Shown here: positions 11,971 through 24,630 of the stretch, piece after piece
Layout of the letters: every line of letters begins with the position of its first letter
Numbering within the stretch: the first letter of the stretch is position 1
Assembly: GCA_030264375.1 (NCBI GenBank)
Contig: JASCQW010000130.1
Coordinates: forward strand, 25,875,010 to 25,939,009
Source of the DNA: Carcharhinus longimanus
Lineage: Eukaryota
Reading direction: 5' to 3'
Length of the DNA stretch: 64,000 nucleotides
Notes under the pieces: generated by a model
What the model saw: the letters and a program-made list of their open reading frames with translations, nothing else
Told to the model about the DNA's origin: nothing
The model's database searches: none
Position numbers and translations under genes: made by a program

Positions 11971-12001
<31 letters not shown>
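11971..12001. repeat. (CA)n microsatellite
   Basis: About 15 perfect AC units. Confidence 0.95.
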
Positions 12002-12002
<1 letters not shown>

Positions 12003-12406
12003 TGTAATGTGGGGTGAGTGAGAACATGGAATCCTTTCTTATCATCCTGTTAGCTTGTATAAAGCTGCTTGCAGGCAGTGAGGATACATTGATATTGGAA
12101 GAGGCACAGTAATAGTGACAAAGACAAGGGTGTTTGAGATTCAGCAGTGAGTGTGGGACTAAGTTTAAAAACCTGACACAGTCCTGTCCCCTTTCAGTGC
12201 ATCAGTTTCAAACTGTAGGTCCTACTCCACAAGCTAATCCCTTCACACTGCTGCAGTTTTCTTCAGTCCTATGTTCCTGCACCTCGTCTAATGACTCTGC
12301 CTCCTTTGCTTCTTCTCCCTTTCTTTGCTCCACCTCCAGCTGTGAAGGTTTCCTCTAGCTCAACTTCACACACTCTGCCATACTCTTCGTAAGCAGTCTG
12401 AGATGT

Positions 12407-12542
12407 GGACTGGAACTCTCTGGCTGTTCATAAACCGCCAACGCTGCCAGCGAGGATGGAGAATTTGGCACTCAGCCAAATCTCCCTTCACTGTAGCGGG
12501 ATTGGAGAATCCCAGCTGTGGGTGAGATTGGAGAATCCGGCC
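12407..12542. mobile_element. ~130-bp MITE
   Basis: Imperfect TIR ggactggaactctc / gagaatccggcc; internal sequence similar to 58974-59110 and to the reverse of 15613-15741. Confidence 0.7.
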
Positions 12543-12919
12543 TGTATTCTTTCTGTCCTGTTTTCTCTGAAAGGGGATAGTGGCATTGGCCCAACATCCA
12601 TGTTCTGGTGTGTATTTTAGCTAATTTCAGGAATTGCCATGAGAAACCACCTGCGATTAAATATATTCCTGGAGGATTCATCAAATGACTTACTCCCACA
12701 CTCCAGCCATTAGTTGGCCAATACGTGCATCCTCATGATATGCTGCCTTCCTATCTGAATTGAAAAGCAAAAAGACTCATTATCCAATTGGATGATACTT
12801 AACTATCAGCTAAACAGCCTTTTATTTCCAATTTTCAATACTTTTAAACTTCGTAAAGAGGAGTATTCAAAGAAAAAGACAAAAGAAAACCATCTTTTTA
12901 AAAAATATTCCAAAGATTT

Positions 12920-13007
12920 TTCTCCAGGGTCTCACACAGCTGTGTCCTGGAGATTGATCTTTAATTCCTGGAGACTCCAGGCCAATCCTGGAGGGTTTGC
13001 AACCCTA
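12920..13007 (-). mobile_element. hAT (Blackjack-like) terminal fragment
   Basis: Ends ...ctggagggtttgcaacccta, the reverse of a TAGGGTTGC(C)A-type TIR, with subterminal ctccagg/cctggag repeats. Confidence 0.45.
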
Positions 13008-13047
13008 ATTGCTCCAAGCATAGCCTAGCAACAAAGCAGGTCAGATG

Positions 13048-13164
13048 TGGGGCAGAATTTTTCCATAGGAACTGTAACAGGTGTGCATGGACCATGGAAA
13101 GGTCTGTTGACCTTGGGTAGAATTTTCCAGGCTTGGGGTGAGCGTGGCTAGAAAATCCTGCCCC
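13048..13164. mobile_element. ~115-bp MITE
   Basis: TIR ggggcagaatttt / aaaatcctgcccc; related copies at ~24850, 36336 and 55509. Confidence 0.7.
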
Positions 13165-13502
13165 GTGGGGTTTGTTAAATGACCTGAATGAGTTGATTGT
13201 ACATGCCTTGTACAGAATGTATTGTCCACCATACTTCAGACATCATCCTTGCACTTAATATATGCAGCCTTTCTACATACATGCACCTGATTAGCTCAAA
13301 TTTGATATTCACAGAACAAAAACAAAATCATAATTAAAATGGGCTATAAATAAGGAGGACTCGACAGATAAGTTTCCATTGACAGAATGCTTGGAAACTC
13401 GTCAATCCAGAAGGTGAAATCAAACCCTACCACCAAAATAAGGAAGCAGCAGAATCAATAAAACAATAATCTTCCCAGCCTCTCACTTTAATTTATATTT
13501 TG

Positions 13503-13705
13503 TCACAGGAGTCCCTTAGGATACTGTCCTTGGCCCAACTATATTCAGCTGCTTCATTAACAACCTTCCCTCAGTCACAAGTGGGAATACTCGCCGATGA
13601 GTGTGCAATGTTCAGTCCCATTCGCGACTCCTCAAGATGCTGAGACAGTTCATGTTCAATTGCAACAAGATCTGGACAATATCCAGGCTTGAGCTGACAG
13701 GTGGC
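13503..13705 (+). mobile_element. LINE (CR1/L2) RT fragment
   Basis: Degenerate GVP.DTVLGPTIFSCFINNL and ..ADE.. RT motifs. Confidence 0.7.
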
Positions 13706-14814
13706 ATTTCTCTGTCATGGCTTTGTTAGAATAATTTTTCTTGGTCAGTGATGTTATCAATGGATGGGTACCTAACGGAAGTCAGGATTTATACGCACAC
13801 GCTCATGTTTTGAACAAATTAGTGCTTTCAGGTGGTGTTTCTCTGCCAATCTTTTTCCTCTTCCCTTTCACCACCTTTCAAATTACACCTGCATTACATT
13901 ATTACTCAGACTGAACAGGGTGTTCTTGGTAAAGGAACAGCCATGATTTCCATATTGAAAGATTCAACTGTTTGAGAATGGATAAAAAGGGATGGGTAAC
14001 AAATGAGGTTATGCTTTCCATGAAAAAATAGCACTGCAAAATCAAAGAATGGAAGGACTGGCTTTTACCTTTGACTTTTTCTTCAGTTCTTTTCCCAAAG
14101 ACAGGTCTGACTTTCAGCATCTTCAGCTCTACCATCGGTGCGGCAAGTCCCAAATCACACTCCACCCCGTGCCGTTGGCACCAACCTGATCCACGCCAGC
14201 CAACTGAGCCGATCAACCTCACAGTCCATGTTGTTGGGGCAACATATTGTCACATTGTAGCTTCCCACAACAGGTTATGATTCTATAGACTGTGGACCAA
14301 GTGCTGATAAATGAGGTTAGGTGGGAGGTCAGGTGTTTCTTATGTGTTGTTGCAGAATTGATGGGCCAAAGGGCCTCTTCTGCACTGTATGATTCTAATG
14401 GAAAGTCTTGTTTGAAGTTCCAATTTTCTTTCCATCATGTGGCTGACCAGGGATCGCTCCCAATCATACCGCCTGCAATTGGTACATGTTGGAAGGATTT
14501 TGCAAATAGATAGTCTGTTTGACTGTGTTACGAACACAACTTTTTTTGGCTATCAAGTCCAGGACAGGTACTTGAACCTGGAGACGCTGTCACAAAAGCA
14601 GGGACACTATGCAAAACAATACAAGACCTTCACATATCTCCACTTATACTAGTGTATTCACCTGATAAACCAATAAAAGTCACAATGTTATAAATTACAT
14701 TTCCTTCTGTTCTGATTTGTTTCAAAAGTTTCAATTTGCTTTCAATAAACCTGAAGCAGCCAGCATAATAAAGCACCAATGTTCAAAGTGTAGCACAAGA
14801 TCTTGTGGGAAGAA

Positions 14815-14985
14815 GGAAAGATTGTGAATTTAGATCGCACTTCTCATGCTCTCAGGAGATCCTTGCAGCCAATTAAGTGTTTTTTGAAGTGTGGGCATGA
14901 TTGAACTGTAGGAACAAACGGTAGCCAATTTGTGCACGGCAAGGTTCCAGCATTAACCAAATGACCACAAAATCTGTTTCAGTGA
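14815..14985 (-). mobile_element. Deu-SINE (SacSINE1/AmnSINE1-like) 3' tail
   Basis: Reverse of a ttgctgtgcgcaaattggctgc...cacttcaaaa...aattggctg-like tail; similar fragment at ~27670-27795. Confidence 0.55.
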
Positions 14986-15406
14986 TCATAAAATCATAGA
15001 ATGCCTATAGTGCAGAATGAGGCCACTTGCTCATCAAGTCTGTACTGGCCACAATTCCATCCANNNNNNNNNNNNNNNNNNNNNNNNNNNNNNNNNNNNN
15101 NNNNNNNNNNNNNNNNNNNNNNNNNNNNNNNNNNNNNNNNNNNNNNNNNNNNNNNNNNNNNNNCCAGGCCCTATCCCCATAACCCACATATTTACCCTGC
15201 TCGTTCCCTGACACTAAGGGGCAATTTAGCATGGCCAATCAACTAACCGACACATCTTTGGACTGTGGGAGGAAACTGGAACACCTGGAGGAAACCCATG
15301 CAGACCCAGGGAGAATGTGCAAACTCCACACAGACAGTGACCCAAGCTGGGAATTGAACCCAGGTCCCTGGCACCGTGAGGCAACTGTGCGAACCACTGT
15401 GCCACC
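14986..15406 (-). mobile_element. HE1/V-SINE copy (gapped)
   Basis: Reverse complement of the HE1-type head and core: tctttggactgtgggaggaaac...aaactccacacagacagtgacccaag...aaccactgtgccacc. Confidence 0.88.
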
Positions 15407-15479
15407 CCAATTTGTGTCTGTGGATTTTCAGAAGGTTTTGATAAAGTACCACGTAACAGATTTCTGAACAGAAATGAAG

Positions 15480-16705
15480 CCCGTGGGCTTAAAGTAACAG
15501 CAGCAGCATGGATACCAGATTGACAAAAAGCAGAGTAGTAATGAGTGATTGTTTGTTGAATTGGAAGTAAGTATACAGTGGTGTTCCCTCAGGATTGGTT
15601 TTGACACTACTGAGCCAGAATTCTCCGGTAGTTCACACCAGCGGGATTCTCCCATCCTGCTGCAGTGAGCAGAAATTTGGCCAAGCACAAATTCTCAGTC
15701 CTCTTTGGCAATGGGTCATGAACAGACAGAGAATTCTGACCCTGATCTTGTTGATATATATTGTTGACCTGGACATGGCTTGATAGGGTAGAATTTCAAA
15801 GTCTGTGGATGTCACTTAACTTGGAAATGCAGTTAACAAGAAGGATGGTGGTAGCAGATTTTAGGAGGACGTAGACTGCTGTGATGGGCAAACATTTGGT
15901 GAATGAAATTTAATGCAGAGAAATATGAAGCAATGTATTTTTGAAAGAATAATGAGGACAAGCAATATAAACTAAGCAATATAATTTTATAGGGAGCACA
16001 GGAACAGAGAGACCTGAAGATCATATACACAAATCTTCGAAGGTGGCAGGGTAGGTCAATATGGCAGTTAAAAACAAAAGTATGGGTTGTTGCTTTTAGA
16101 AAGAGTGCAAAGGCAAGGAAGTGATTGTAGACCCCTGGTTAGGTTTCACCTGGAGTATTGTGCCCTATCCTGGATGCCACACTTCAAAGCCTTGACAGCT
16201 TTCTTAAAACAGAGTACAGAGTTTTATTCGAACTGGAGCGGAGATGAGGGCTTTTGGTTGGGTGGCAAGACTTGAGAAGCTGGGCTTGTTATCCTTAGAG
16301 TAGAAAACAGTAAAGGAAAATTTAACAGTGAAGTTTAAAATTGAGGGGTTTTTACAGAACAGATGGGGTGAAGTTGTTTCTACTGGCTTGAGAGTCAGAG
16401 GACACAAGTTGGGTTTTCGAAGGGCCAAATAGCTTTCTTCTGCTCTTATCTTCTATGTTTCTATGTTTAAAATAATTGGCAAAAAACATGTCAGGGAAAT
16501 GAGAATTTTTGAATGCAATCAGTTGTAGTAATTTTGAATAAGAAGCCTGCAAAGGGGCTGGCAGCAAATCGGTATTAACTTTGAAAAGGAAATTTAATAT
16601 AAACTTAAAAAGGAGACCAATTGAAGGACTATAGGGAAATAGTAGGTGAAAGTGCTTTCAATGTGTTGTCACACACACATGGGACTGATGGCCTTCTTCC
16701 GTGGT
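15480..16705 (+). mobile_element. Old degraded CR1 LINE (RT to 3' end)
   Basis: Remnants of GVPQG..L..IYIVDLD, PLVRFHLEYCALSWMPH and a ...gatggccttcttcc tail. Confidence 0.75.
15613..15741. mobile_element. MITE nested in the CR1 RT motif, flanked by a CTG duplication
   Basis: ctg|agccagaattct ... agaattctgacc|ctg. Confidence 0.75.
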
Positions 16706-16832
16706 TGTATTGTATAACCACACTACAAATACATACTGTAGCATAATACCATAGCTCAATGAAGATTTCCACACTTATAAAATAATGTATTAAGCTAATA
16801 CTAAAACTAATAGTAAAATCTTTTCATTTTAG

Positions 16833-16911
16833 GTACGAGTATTTACCTTTTCAGTTGGTCAACATAACTATGATAAAGGACCATTGCAATGGATGGCTTG
16901 CACCAACAAAG
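16833..16911 (+). CDS. CACNA2D1: CACNA2D1 coding exon (79 nt; ~exon 13)
   Basis: Splice sites ttttag|GTA...AAAG|gtattt. Translates VRVFTFSVGQHNYDKGPLQWMACTNK(G), phase 0-1. Confidence 0.96.
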
Positions 16912-17046
16912 GTATTTGATGACTTGTCCTTCATTGTTATAATATATCGAAAGAATTGTTGACAATTTTGAATTGTTCCACTTCCACATTTTCAATTTAT
17001 AATAAATTATTCTGAACACATTAAATATTTTCTTTTTATATTTTAG

Positions 17047-17096
17047 GCTACTTTTTTGAAATTCCCTCCATTGGAGCAATACGTATTAATACACAG
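17047..17096 (+). CDS. CACNA2D1: CACNA2D1 coding exon (50 nt; ~exon 14)
   Basis: Splice sites ttttag|GC...CAG|gtaata. Translates (G)YFFEIPSIGAIRINTQ, phase 1-0, restoring the frame from the previous exon across a 135-nt intron. Confidence 0.96.
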
Positions 17097-17929
17097 GTAA
17101 TAATATTGTATCATAATATTGCTTTTATAATAATATTGTAGTTTAATTTACTAGATTCAAAAAATCAATTTACCAAATAGCTGTGCTATGAATTTTTAAA
17201 AATATTGAGGGACAGATTGAATAATAGATCATTTGTTGGCAAATACTTGGAAATTTAAAAATTGTTTCTGTGATAGAGACCTCAAATAACAAACTATTTG
17301 GTTGGAGACATTGTACTGCACCAAAAGCTGTTCATTGTCAATAATATAGTTTACCTTTATCTTTCACACTCCTGTTGACATCAGTCTAATGTATTTTGAG
17401 AGACTTTTGCCACAGAATTTGATTGGTAGCCCTTGTGTCTTCAATGCTATGGATACCACTTTAGTACTAAAATGCCATCTGTGCCACACTTGCCAACATC
17501 TGGCTTAGGCCGTGCCTGTGCCATTTTGGGTAGGTTGTTGGGAACGTGTACTGGAAGACATACCAATCTAACAGTGTCATTTTCCACCTCAATGCTCCAG
17601 CTAACTTCTCTAAAATTCACACAATTGGGCATGTGTTCAGCAACAGGAAGAACAGCCCCACCAGCTATATTTAAACGGATCATCAATCACCTCTTGTTGG
17701 ACACTGATTTTCATTGATTGTTGCAGAGTTGCTCCAAGTATGTGGAGTTTAAAGTTGCTGAAGGTTACAGGGAGGGACATGGCAAGCGACAGACTCTGTT
17801 GTTGCAGCTTCATAGGTTCTGCTCTGACTACTTGTTCCCCATCTCAGGTGCAGTGGATTTGATCTCTTTTGGGCTGTGGTTTGACTAGGAGAACAAGCAG
17901 AAGTGACCCAGTGGGGAACAATCATGAAA

Positions 17930-18062
17930 GGGCAGAGGTTTATCATCTCATCCAAAAGACAGCATTTCTGACAGTGCTGCACTCCCTCAGTACAGTGCTA
18001 ATGTTTCAGCATTGATTTTTGTGTTCAAGTTGGACGTGAACCTTCAACCTTCTGACTTGGAT
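17930..18062 (-). mobile_element. Deu-SINE (SacSINE1-like) head/core fragment
   Basis: Reverse of gtactgagggagtgcagcactgtcagaaatgctgtcttttggatgagatg, the Deu-domain-like block. Confidence 0.65.
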
Positions 18063-18259
18063 GCTAGAGTGTGGCAACCAATCATATTGCTTTAATGTCA
18101 TGTCATTTACATTGCATATTCTTTCCAATGTGGATCTAGGGTTGTTGGGACCTGAAGTGAAATTCGACAAAAGTGCTGCCAACACAACCACATTTAAGGG
18201 AGGGGGCAGGGTTTTGAGTTGAAGACCTTATCCATCCAGCACCTTCTAGGAGAAGGTGA

Positions 18260-18684
18260 GCGGCATGGTGCCACAGTGGTTAGCACTGCTGCCTCTCAGT
18301 GCCAGGNNNNNNNNNNNNNNNNNNNNNNNNNNNNNNNNNNNNNNNNNNNNNNNNNNNNNNNNNNNNNNNNNNNNNNNNNNNNNNNNNNNNNNNNNNNNNN
18401 NNNNNNACAGTGGTTAGCACTGCTGCCTCTCAGTGCCAGGGACACAAGGTTCAATTCCAGCCTTGAGTCACTGTCTGTGTGGAGTTTGTACCTTCTCCCC
18501 GTGTCTGCATGGGTGTCCTCCGAATGTGTCAGTTTCCTCCCACAGTCCAAAGATGTGCAGGGAAGGCGGATTGGTCATGGCAAATTGTCCCTCAGTGTCA
18601 GGGAGATTAGCAGGGTAAATACATGGGATTGCTGTTGCGGAGGCTCGATGGGCCAAATGGCTTCCTTCTGCACTGTAGGGATCT
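18260..18684 (+). mobile_element. HE1/V-SINE copy (gapped) with CR1-type tail
   Basis: cacagtggttagcactgctgcctc...gtggagtttg...gatgggccaaatggcttccttctgcactgtagggat. Confidence 0.88.
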
Positions 18685-20366
18685 AAGGAGCTTGCTCCTC
18701 CATTAAATGCAACAAAGAACTGTTTGTGCAGTATCTCTATTTTGTTCACAAGGTGCTTTGTGAAAACTGTCACTTGTTGTAGGTGTGTTGCAGTCTCAGC
18801 AGAATAAGGATGGTATTGTCACTGGCTGTGCGGGTGACCAAGGCCATGAATTTATTTTGCCTCAGGCACCCCGTCTTGGCTGGAGCATGCAATATTTCCA
18901 ACATCTCCCAGTTTGCTAGCCCCTGTTGCATGAGGCAGACCACTGAAGTTACAGGTACAGAGAAAGCTAAATACATTTCATTCATTCTTGCCAGAGAGAA
19001 ACCGATGGAGTGAGCATGCGTCTCACCAGAATCATAGGATTCACATCATTTTGCCAGTGCCAGATGTAAATTCTTATAGCAACTCATACGATACGCTGTG
19101 TTGTAACAATTGTCACATTTTACCGCGCAGCAAGAAATAGATTTTTACATTGCTGTGGTGGAGCTGGTGATTGCAAATGTCAGAACAAGTGGCAGCAACC
19201 CTGTATCATCAATTTCTTCTTCTTTGAGCACTCCTTGCTCCCTCACTACTGCCTGGCTAAGTGGCCGTTCTTGTGTATCTGAAAGGAGAAAGACACCAGG
19301 ATGTTGTTGTGGTGAGAAAGTGGGAACATGTCTACAGCACCTGCAGCTTACAACTCAGAGAATTGGTGGGATGTGGGAAGGAGGATTTGTTCTGAACAAT
19401 ATGCAGCCTCATTCCTGCTCTAGTAATGGCGAGCGCCGCCTCTTCCTTTCGGGTGAGGACGTGCAGCCATGTTTGTCATCATTGTTTAGTTGTGGCTGCC
19501 TGTGGTTATGTGCCACCATATCCTGGCGAGAGAGAAGGAAGTGTGTCCAGCTCATTCTATTTAGGTCATGGTTCAGTAACTGATGATGGACTCAAGCTGC
19601 AAAATGGTGGTGGGATACTTGCAGCAGTGCTAAGTATATGATGGTGTGAGGAAGCAATGAATATGAGGTGTGCATCATGCCTCATCGAGATTGTTGATAG
19701 AGGTGTGTGATTAGAAGAGGTAGGTGGAGTTAATTATGCACAGTGATTCCTGCGCACGTTTTTTGCTGATATCCAATTACGCCCCCACTATGTCACCATA
19801 GATGTGTTCCTGCTCAGTTCCTTCTATCTTTGTTATTTATAAAGAAAAACATATTATTTCCAAATTCAGATGAGAGTGAATGTACTGGAGTTCAGGCACA
19901 TTAAGTGTAAACACAGTATGCTTTCACCTCTGTGACCTGAGCTTCAGGCAGCTAGATTGCCGGGAAGAAGCTATTTTCTGAAACGTCCAAGGTTCGAAGG
20001 GAGAGCTGAGTTAATCTAAACCCAGTTCCTTGGGCTCAAATCCACTGCTCGATATTGGGAAAAGTTTACAATTAATGAGCACTGTTTCACAGAGTTCACC
20101 AAGCGGGCTGGCATGGCCTTTTCTTTGAAACAGAAGATTACAATATTTTGGGTTAGAGTGAAGAGATTTTCATTTAAGACTTGACAATGGAATTGTACCA
20201 GTAAATGGGCAAATATAGTTCATGCCAGCAACCAATAACCCTGATACCTGCCAACATACTCTGCCATGTAAACGTTTTGAGACGTCACAGGGACACATTT
20301 GAGAGTCCACTGTTTTAAGGTGATTGCTTAGATGTGATTAAAAAAATGTTTTTTTTTGTCTAATTC

Positions 20367-21119
20367 TTTTACCATTTTAATTCTAAGTGCTGGACAGACT
20401 TGAAACTGGGAATGTTTCGGATCCGACTTTTAGACCCATTTTCACATGCCCACATATGCACTCTGCCTGAAAAAATATCAGCAATTCTGAATCGCACTGC
20501 ACAAGCCTGGATGGGGCTGAACACACCCGAAGCCCTGCAGCTCCGATCGGTGCCTCCAACTACACGAGCAGAAAAAAAATGATAGAATGCTGCTCCCCTG
20601 TCACATCCCTCCTGGGCTGGATAATGTCTCCCCCTGGCCCCCACAGACATTGCCCCACCCCCACAACATTACTGACCCTCTCATCCCCCCCAACCCCCTG
20701 CTACCCAGATCAATTGTGGGACCCTCCCCCTTTCCCTTCACTGATCACAGGCAAAATGGCAGCAGACCTCCCCCCACTGATGTCAAGCAGAGAGTTGTCT
20801 GATGCTCAGCATTTACCTCCTCACTAGTTGGAGTGCCAGAAACACGCTTTTTTAGAGTATGTCTGTTTTGTGCCAATCTGGATGGGCGAACACGGTGGTA
20901 AAGGGGGAATTGCCTGTAAGATTGGGTGTGCAGCCCACTACATCAATTTAAATGCATGCATGCCATTTTGGGCACTGTCTTGATCGTGGCCATTTTCGGG
21001 CCCTGCTAAAGGGGGAACTGGTGCAGAAGCGGGAGTGGATCACACTACTCGTGTCAAGCCTTACTTTACCAAATTTTCACACCCGAAAATGGGTGCAACG
21101 CGATGGTAAAATCAAGCCC
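20367..21119. mobile_element. GC-rich TIR-type non-autonomous element
   Basis: Termini ttttaccat... / ...atggtaaaatcaagccc; its last ~140 bp recur, diverged, at 22182-22320. Confidence 0.6.
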
Positions 21120-21289
21120 ATTATATCCACTGATCCCCCTTTCATCCTGCAGGATGTGTCAAACTCAATACCCTCCAATCATGTGGCTAAGCAAAGTCAA
21201 CACCGAGTTATGATGTTCTAAAGTTACCACATTCCTATTAACAGATTCCAATATTTTGCAACTGCTGATATTGAGCTGCCAGGCCATCA

Positions 21290-21990
21290 CTTCCTGTTTT
21301 CTCTCTTCCTTGTTTCCTAAATAGCATGGTAATATTTGCTACCTCTCAATTCTTGGGAATGGTTTTAGAATTCCAGGAACTTTGGAACATCAAAACTAAC
21401 GTATCTCTGCAGTTGCCTCTTTTAATACCTTAGCAAGCAGACTGTCATGTTCTGGCCATTTGTTGTCAGTTTCTGTAGTATTATTTATTTACTTAAAACT
21501 GATTTCTTTAAATTCCTCACTGGACCCTTGGTTGCTTATTATTTATAGAATACTTTTTTGTGCGTTCTGCTGTGAAGACAGAGCAAAGTGTCTCTTTTGT
21601 GCCTCTGAAATGTTCTTATTCCCTTTTATAATTTCACCAGTTTCTGTCTCAGTGTGGCCCACATTAACTTTCACTAATCTGTTCCTATTTACATAGCTGC
21701 TGAATTACTTGCAATTTATTTTCATGCCCCTTACAAATCTAGTCTCATTATTCCCTTCTCTTTTTTTGTCTCGCTCCTTTGTTGAATTATAAAATCCTCA
21801 CAACCGTCATGTTTATTCCTTTTTTTGCCAATATTATAAGCTTTTTACTTTGATCTTTGATCTTTAATTCCCGCCATGGTTAGATCACATTTTCTGTGAG
21901 GTTTTAATGCCTTAAAAAATGTGTATTTGTTGTAAGTTATGCATTAATTCATTAAATACGACCCATTGCTTGACTATGTTGATTCTTTTC
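21290..21990 (-). mobile_element. Degraded CR1 LINE fragment
   Basis: T-rich reverse-strand sequence resembling the CR1 ORF2 region upstream of the RT; no intact ORF. Confidence 0.5.
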
Positions 21991-21994
21991 ATAT

Positions 21995-22081
21995 AGTAAG
22001 AAGTCTCTCAACACCAGGTTAAAGTCCAACAGGTTTATTTGTTAGCACGAGCTTTTGGAGTGCTGCCCCTTTGTCTGGTGA
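21995..22081 (-). mobile_element. Penelope-like terminal repeat fragment
   Basis: agtaagaagtctctcaacaccaggttaaagtccaacaggtttattt...ggagtgctgcccc; same family as 4749-4935 and 42278. Confidence 0.75.
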
Positions 22082-22776
22082 NNNNNNNNNNNNNNNNNNN
22101 NNNNNNNNNNNNNNNNNNNNNNNNNNNNNNNNNNNNNNNNNNNNNNNNNNNNNNNNNNNNNNNNNNNNNNNNNNNNNNNNNGATCGTGACCATTTCCGGG
22201 CCTTGGTAAAGGGGAAACGGGTGCGGAGGCGGGCACGGATTACACTACTCGCCTCGCATCTAACTTTACCAAATTTCCATGCCCAAAAATGGGCACAATG
22301 TGATGGTAAAATTAGGCTCTAAGTATGAGATACTAACCAAGGCAGTGAGTTAGAGTTTTATGGCATCAGAAACAGCTGCACGGTTGCAGGCAGAATAACG
22401 TATTATGTGTTATATGGTAAAATGCTGCGTCTCTGCTTGCTGTATTTTCTGACTTGCAATAAGCAATGCTGATNNNNNNNNNNTCTATACTTTGCATCGA
22501 GTATTTGCCACCTGTGGTACGTCTCAAATCTTGCAGTTCACCTGAGCAATCATCTTAAACTATATTAAAAAAAGAATGGAAACTTGTCATTTTCTGCTAG
22601 TAATTTATCTTTGATCAGCTTGACTCCCAGCAAGGGCTCCATTTTAGCAGTGCAGCATTACAATTTCACTTCAGATCCTAACAACCCCAGATCAACATTG
22701 GAAAGAGTAGCAATGTGAACGACATGACATTAAAGCAGCAGGATCAGTTGCTACACTCCAGGCAACATGTTTTAGT

Positions 22777-23860
22777 GTCACTGAAAACAGACATGTCGAA
22801 GCTTCTCATCCTACACTGATCCGGACATTCACAAGAATACCAAATGTAAAGGAACAACGATTAATACTTTATTAGAAGAGATTGCTGATTGGCTGGCAAG
22901 TGGACTCTGATGGAGACATTACCAAAGAGAATGCACCAGTTAACTGACAACTGACAGGGGATTCTCTACTACTGTCTACCAGAAGTCTATTTTCACTGCT
23001 TAGTACCTGCATTGGGATTCCTACAGTTCCACGTGCATTAAGATTGACCTTACTAACAACCTCATAAACAGGGCTCAAGCCATTTGCTCACTCTGAAAGC
23101 TTGATGCTGAAATAGGGCACAGCAGAGCGAGGTAATGGCTATCCCGATCAGATCATTGCTTGCTGTAGCATCTTGAGTGGTGCTGTTTGTCAAGCCAAAA
23201 AGTTGTTCTGCCCTTCACTCAATTGTGTAATGTGGTATGTGAATTTAAGTGTTGTTTGATGCTAGGTAGGTGTGTTGTATGCTTCTAAGACTGACAGGCC
23301 TCTTCAAACAGTATGTCCCTCGGCTATTCGCAAAATAATCAACCATACCCAACCAGCCTGTGCTTGCAAAGCTTACTGTCCGACATTAGGTGCGATTCCG
23401 TGATCGAACAACATTTGCTAAACAATCCTGAGTGTGATAAGGATTATGCTGACAACCAATTTAAGATTATCAATTGGGCTCAGAGTGTGGCACGCTTCCA
23501 TGTGCTAGAAGGTACATTTTTAATGCACAGGACCCAGTTCTTTGCAGATAGAAAGTACAGGTACACACATTGCATCTGTTTCAACTGGACACGGTAAGTG
23601 ACAGCCATTCTCTGTTCATTCCCCAGAGCATTGCCCGGGCTAGAGTCAAGCTGCCTGCTTTGAATTTTAACAAAGTTTGGTAGTCATCAGTTAACTGGTG
23701 TATTCTCCATGGCAACACCTCTACCAATCGGAGTCCGTTTGCCAACCATTCAGTATACTCTTGTCATATAGTTAACCCCTTTACATTTGGTATTTTTGTG
23801 AATCTCCAATGAGTGCAGGACAAGAAGCTTCATCATGTGACTTTTTTTCAGTGATGCTCA
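22777..23860 (+). mobile_element. Penelope-like element with ~180-bp inverted terminal repeats and a decayed GIY-YIG region
   Basis: 22777-22950 is the reverse complement of ~23684-23856. The interior encodes DSVIEQHLLNNPECDKDYADNQFKII...FHVLEGTF. Confidence 0.75.
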
Positions 23861-24630
23861 AGTTCTGGACTATCAAATAACAATTTATACGCAGTAGACT
23901 TTATTAAAGATGTCATACACAATGTTGGTACTTTTGAGATAAATCTGAAATAGAAAAGTCCACTCTGCATTCCAAAGTTACTGCACTATCTGCAGTTGCT
24001 TACAACAATTTAAAGTTTCTGATTTTCCAGGCTTCGGCCATCTTGAACACAAACACAGCTCAGCAGCAGAGTAATGGTGTGTGGCGTAATAATGTGCTTG
24101 TCTTTAGGAAATTGGAAGGTGTGGGAATTAAAATGAAGGCCGTCCGCTTACTGCTCTTTCACACTCACTGGAACTGAGGTTGTACAGAGCCTTGGGCAGA
24201 ATACCTCAGGAGGTTTCATGTTGGCCTGAGAGAAAGTACGCCAGAGATACACCAGCTCTGGGGCTGATAACTTATGGGACAGGGTGTTTTAAACCCTGGC
24301 TTGTTTTACAAAGTGTTTACAAGATTGAAGGGTGATTGGTGTTGAAAATGATCTAGGGATTTGAAAGGGTAAATGCAGAGAAACGAATTCCTCTGGCTCA
24401 ATCCAGGACCAGAGGGCACAAATAACATCCCCCTGACCTCATTCCCTCTGCCTATTGTCATCCATTTAGTGTATGCAGCCCGCTGGCTCTATATAAATGA
24501 GGCTCAGTCATTTACGTTCACTGGGTCACCCACCACACCTCCGGGCTGGTCTGGTGCCACATACTGCCAGACAGGAGTCTGAGAATTCAAATTACTCCAG
24601 AATCACTCAGAGCGTCTCCATAGGAGGTCC

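Noticed and set aside
18273-18440. Tandem duplication of a SINE head
   Set aside because: The identical 34-mer sits on both sides of a 100-N gap, indicating a scaffolding overlap artefact; a similar case is at 63100-63280.
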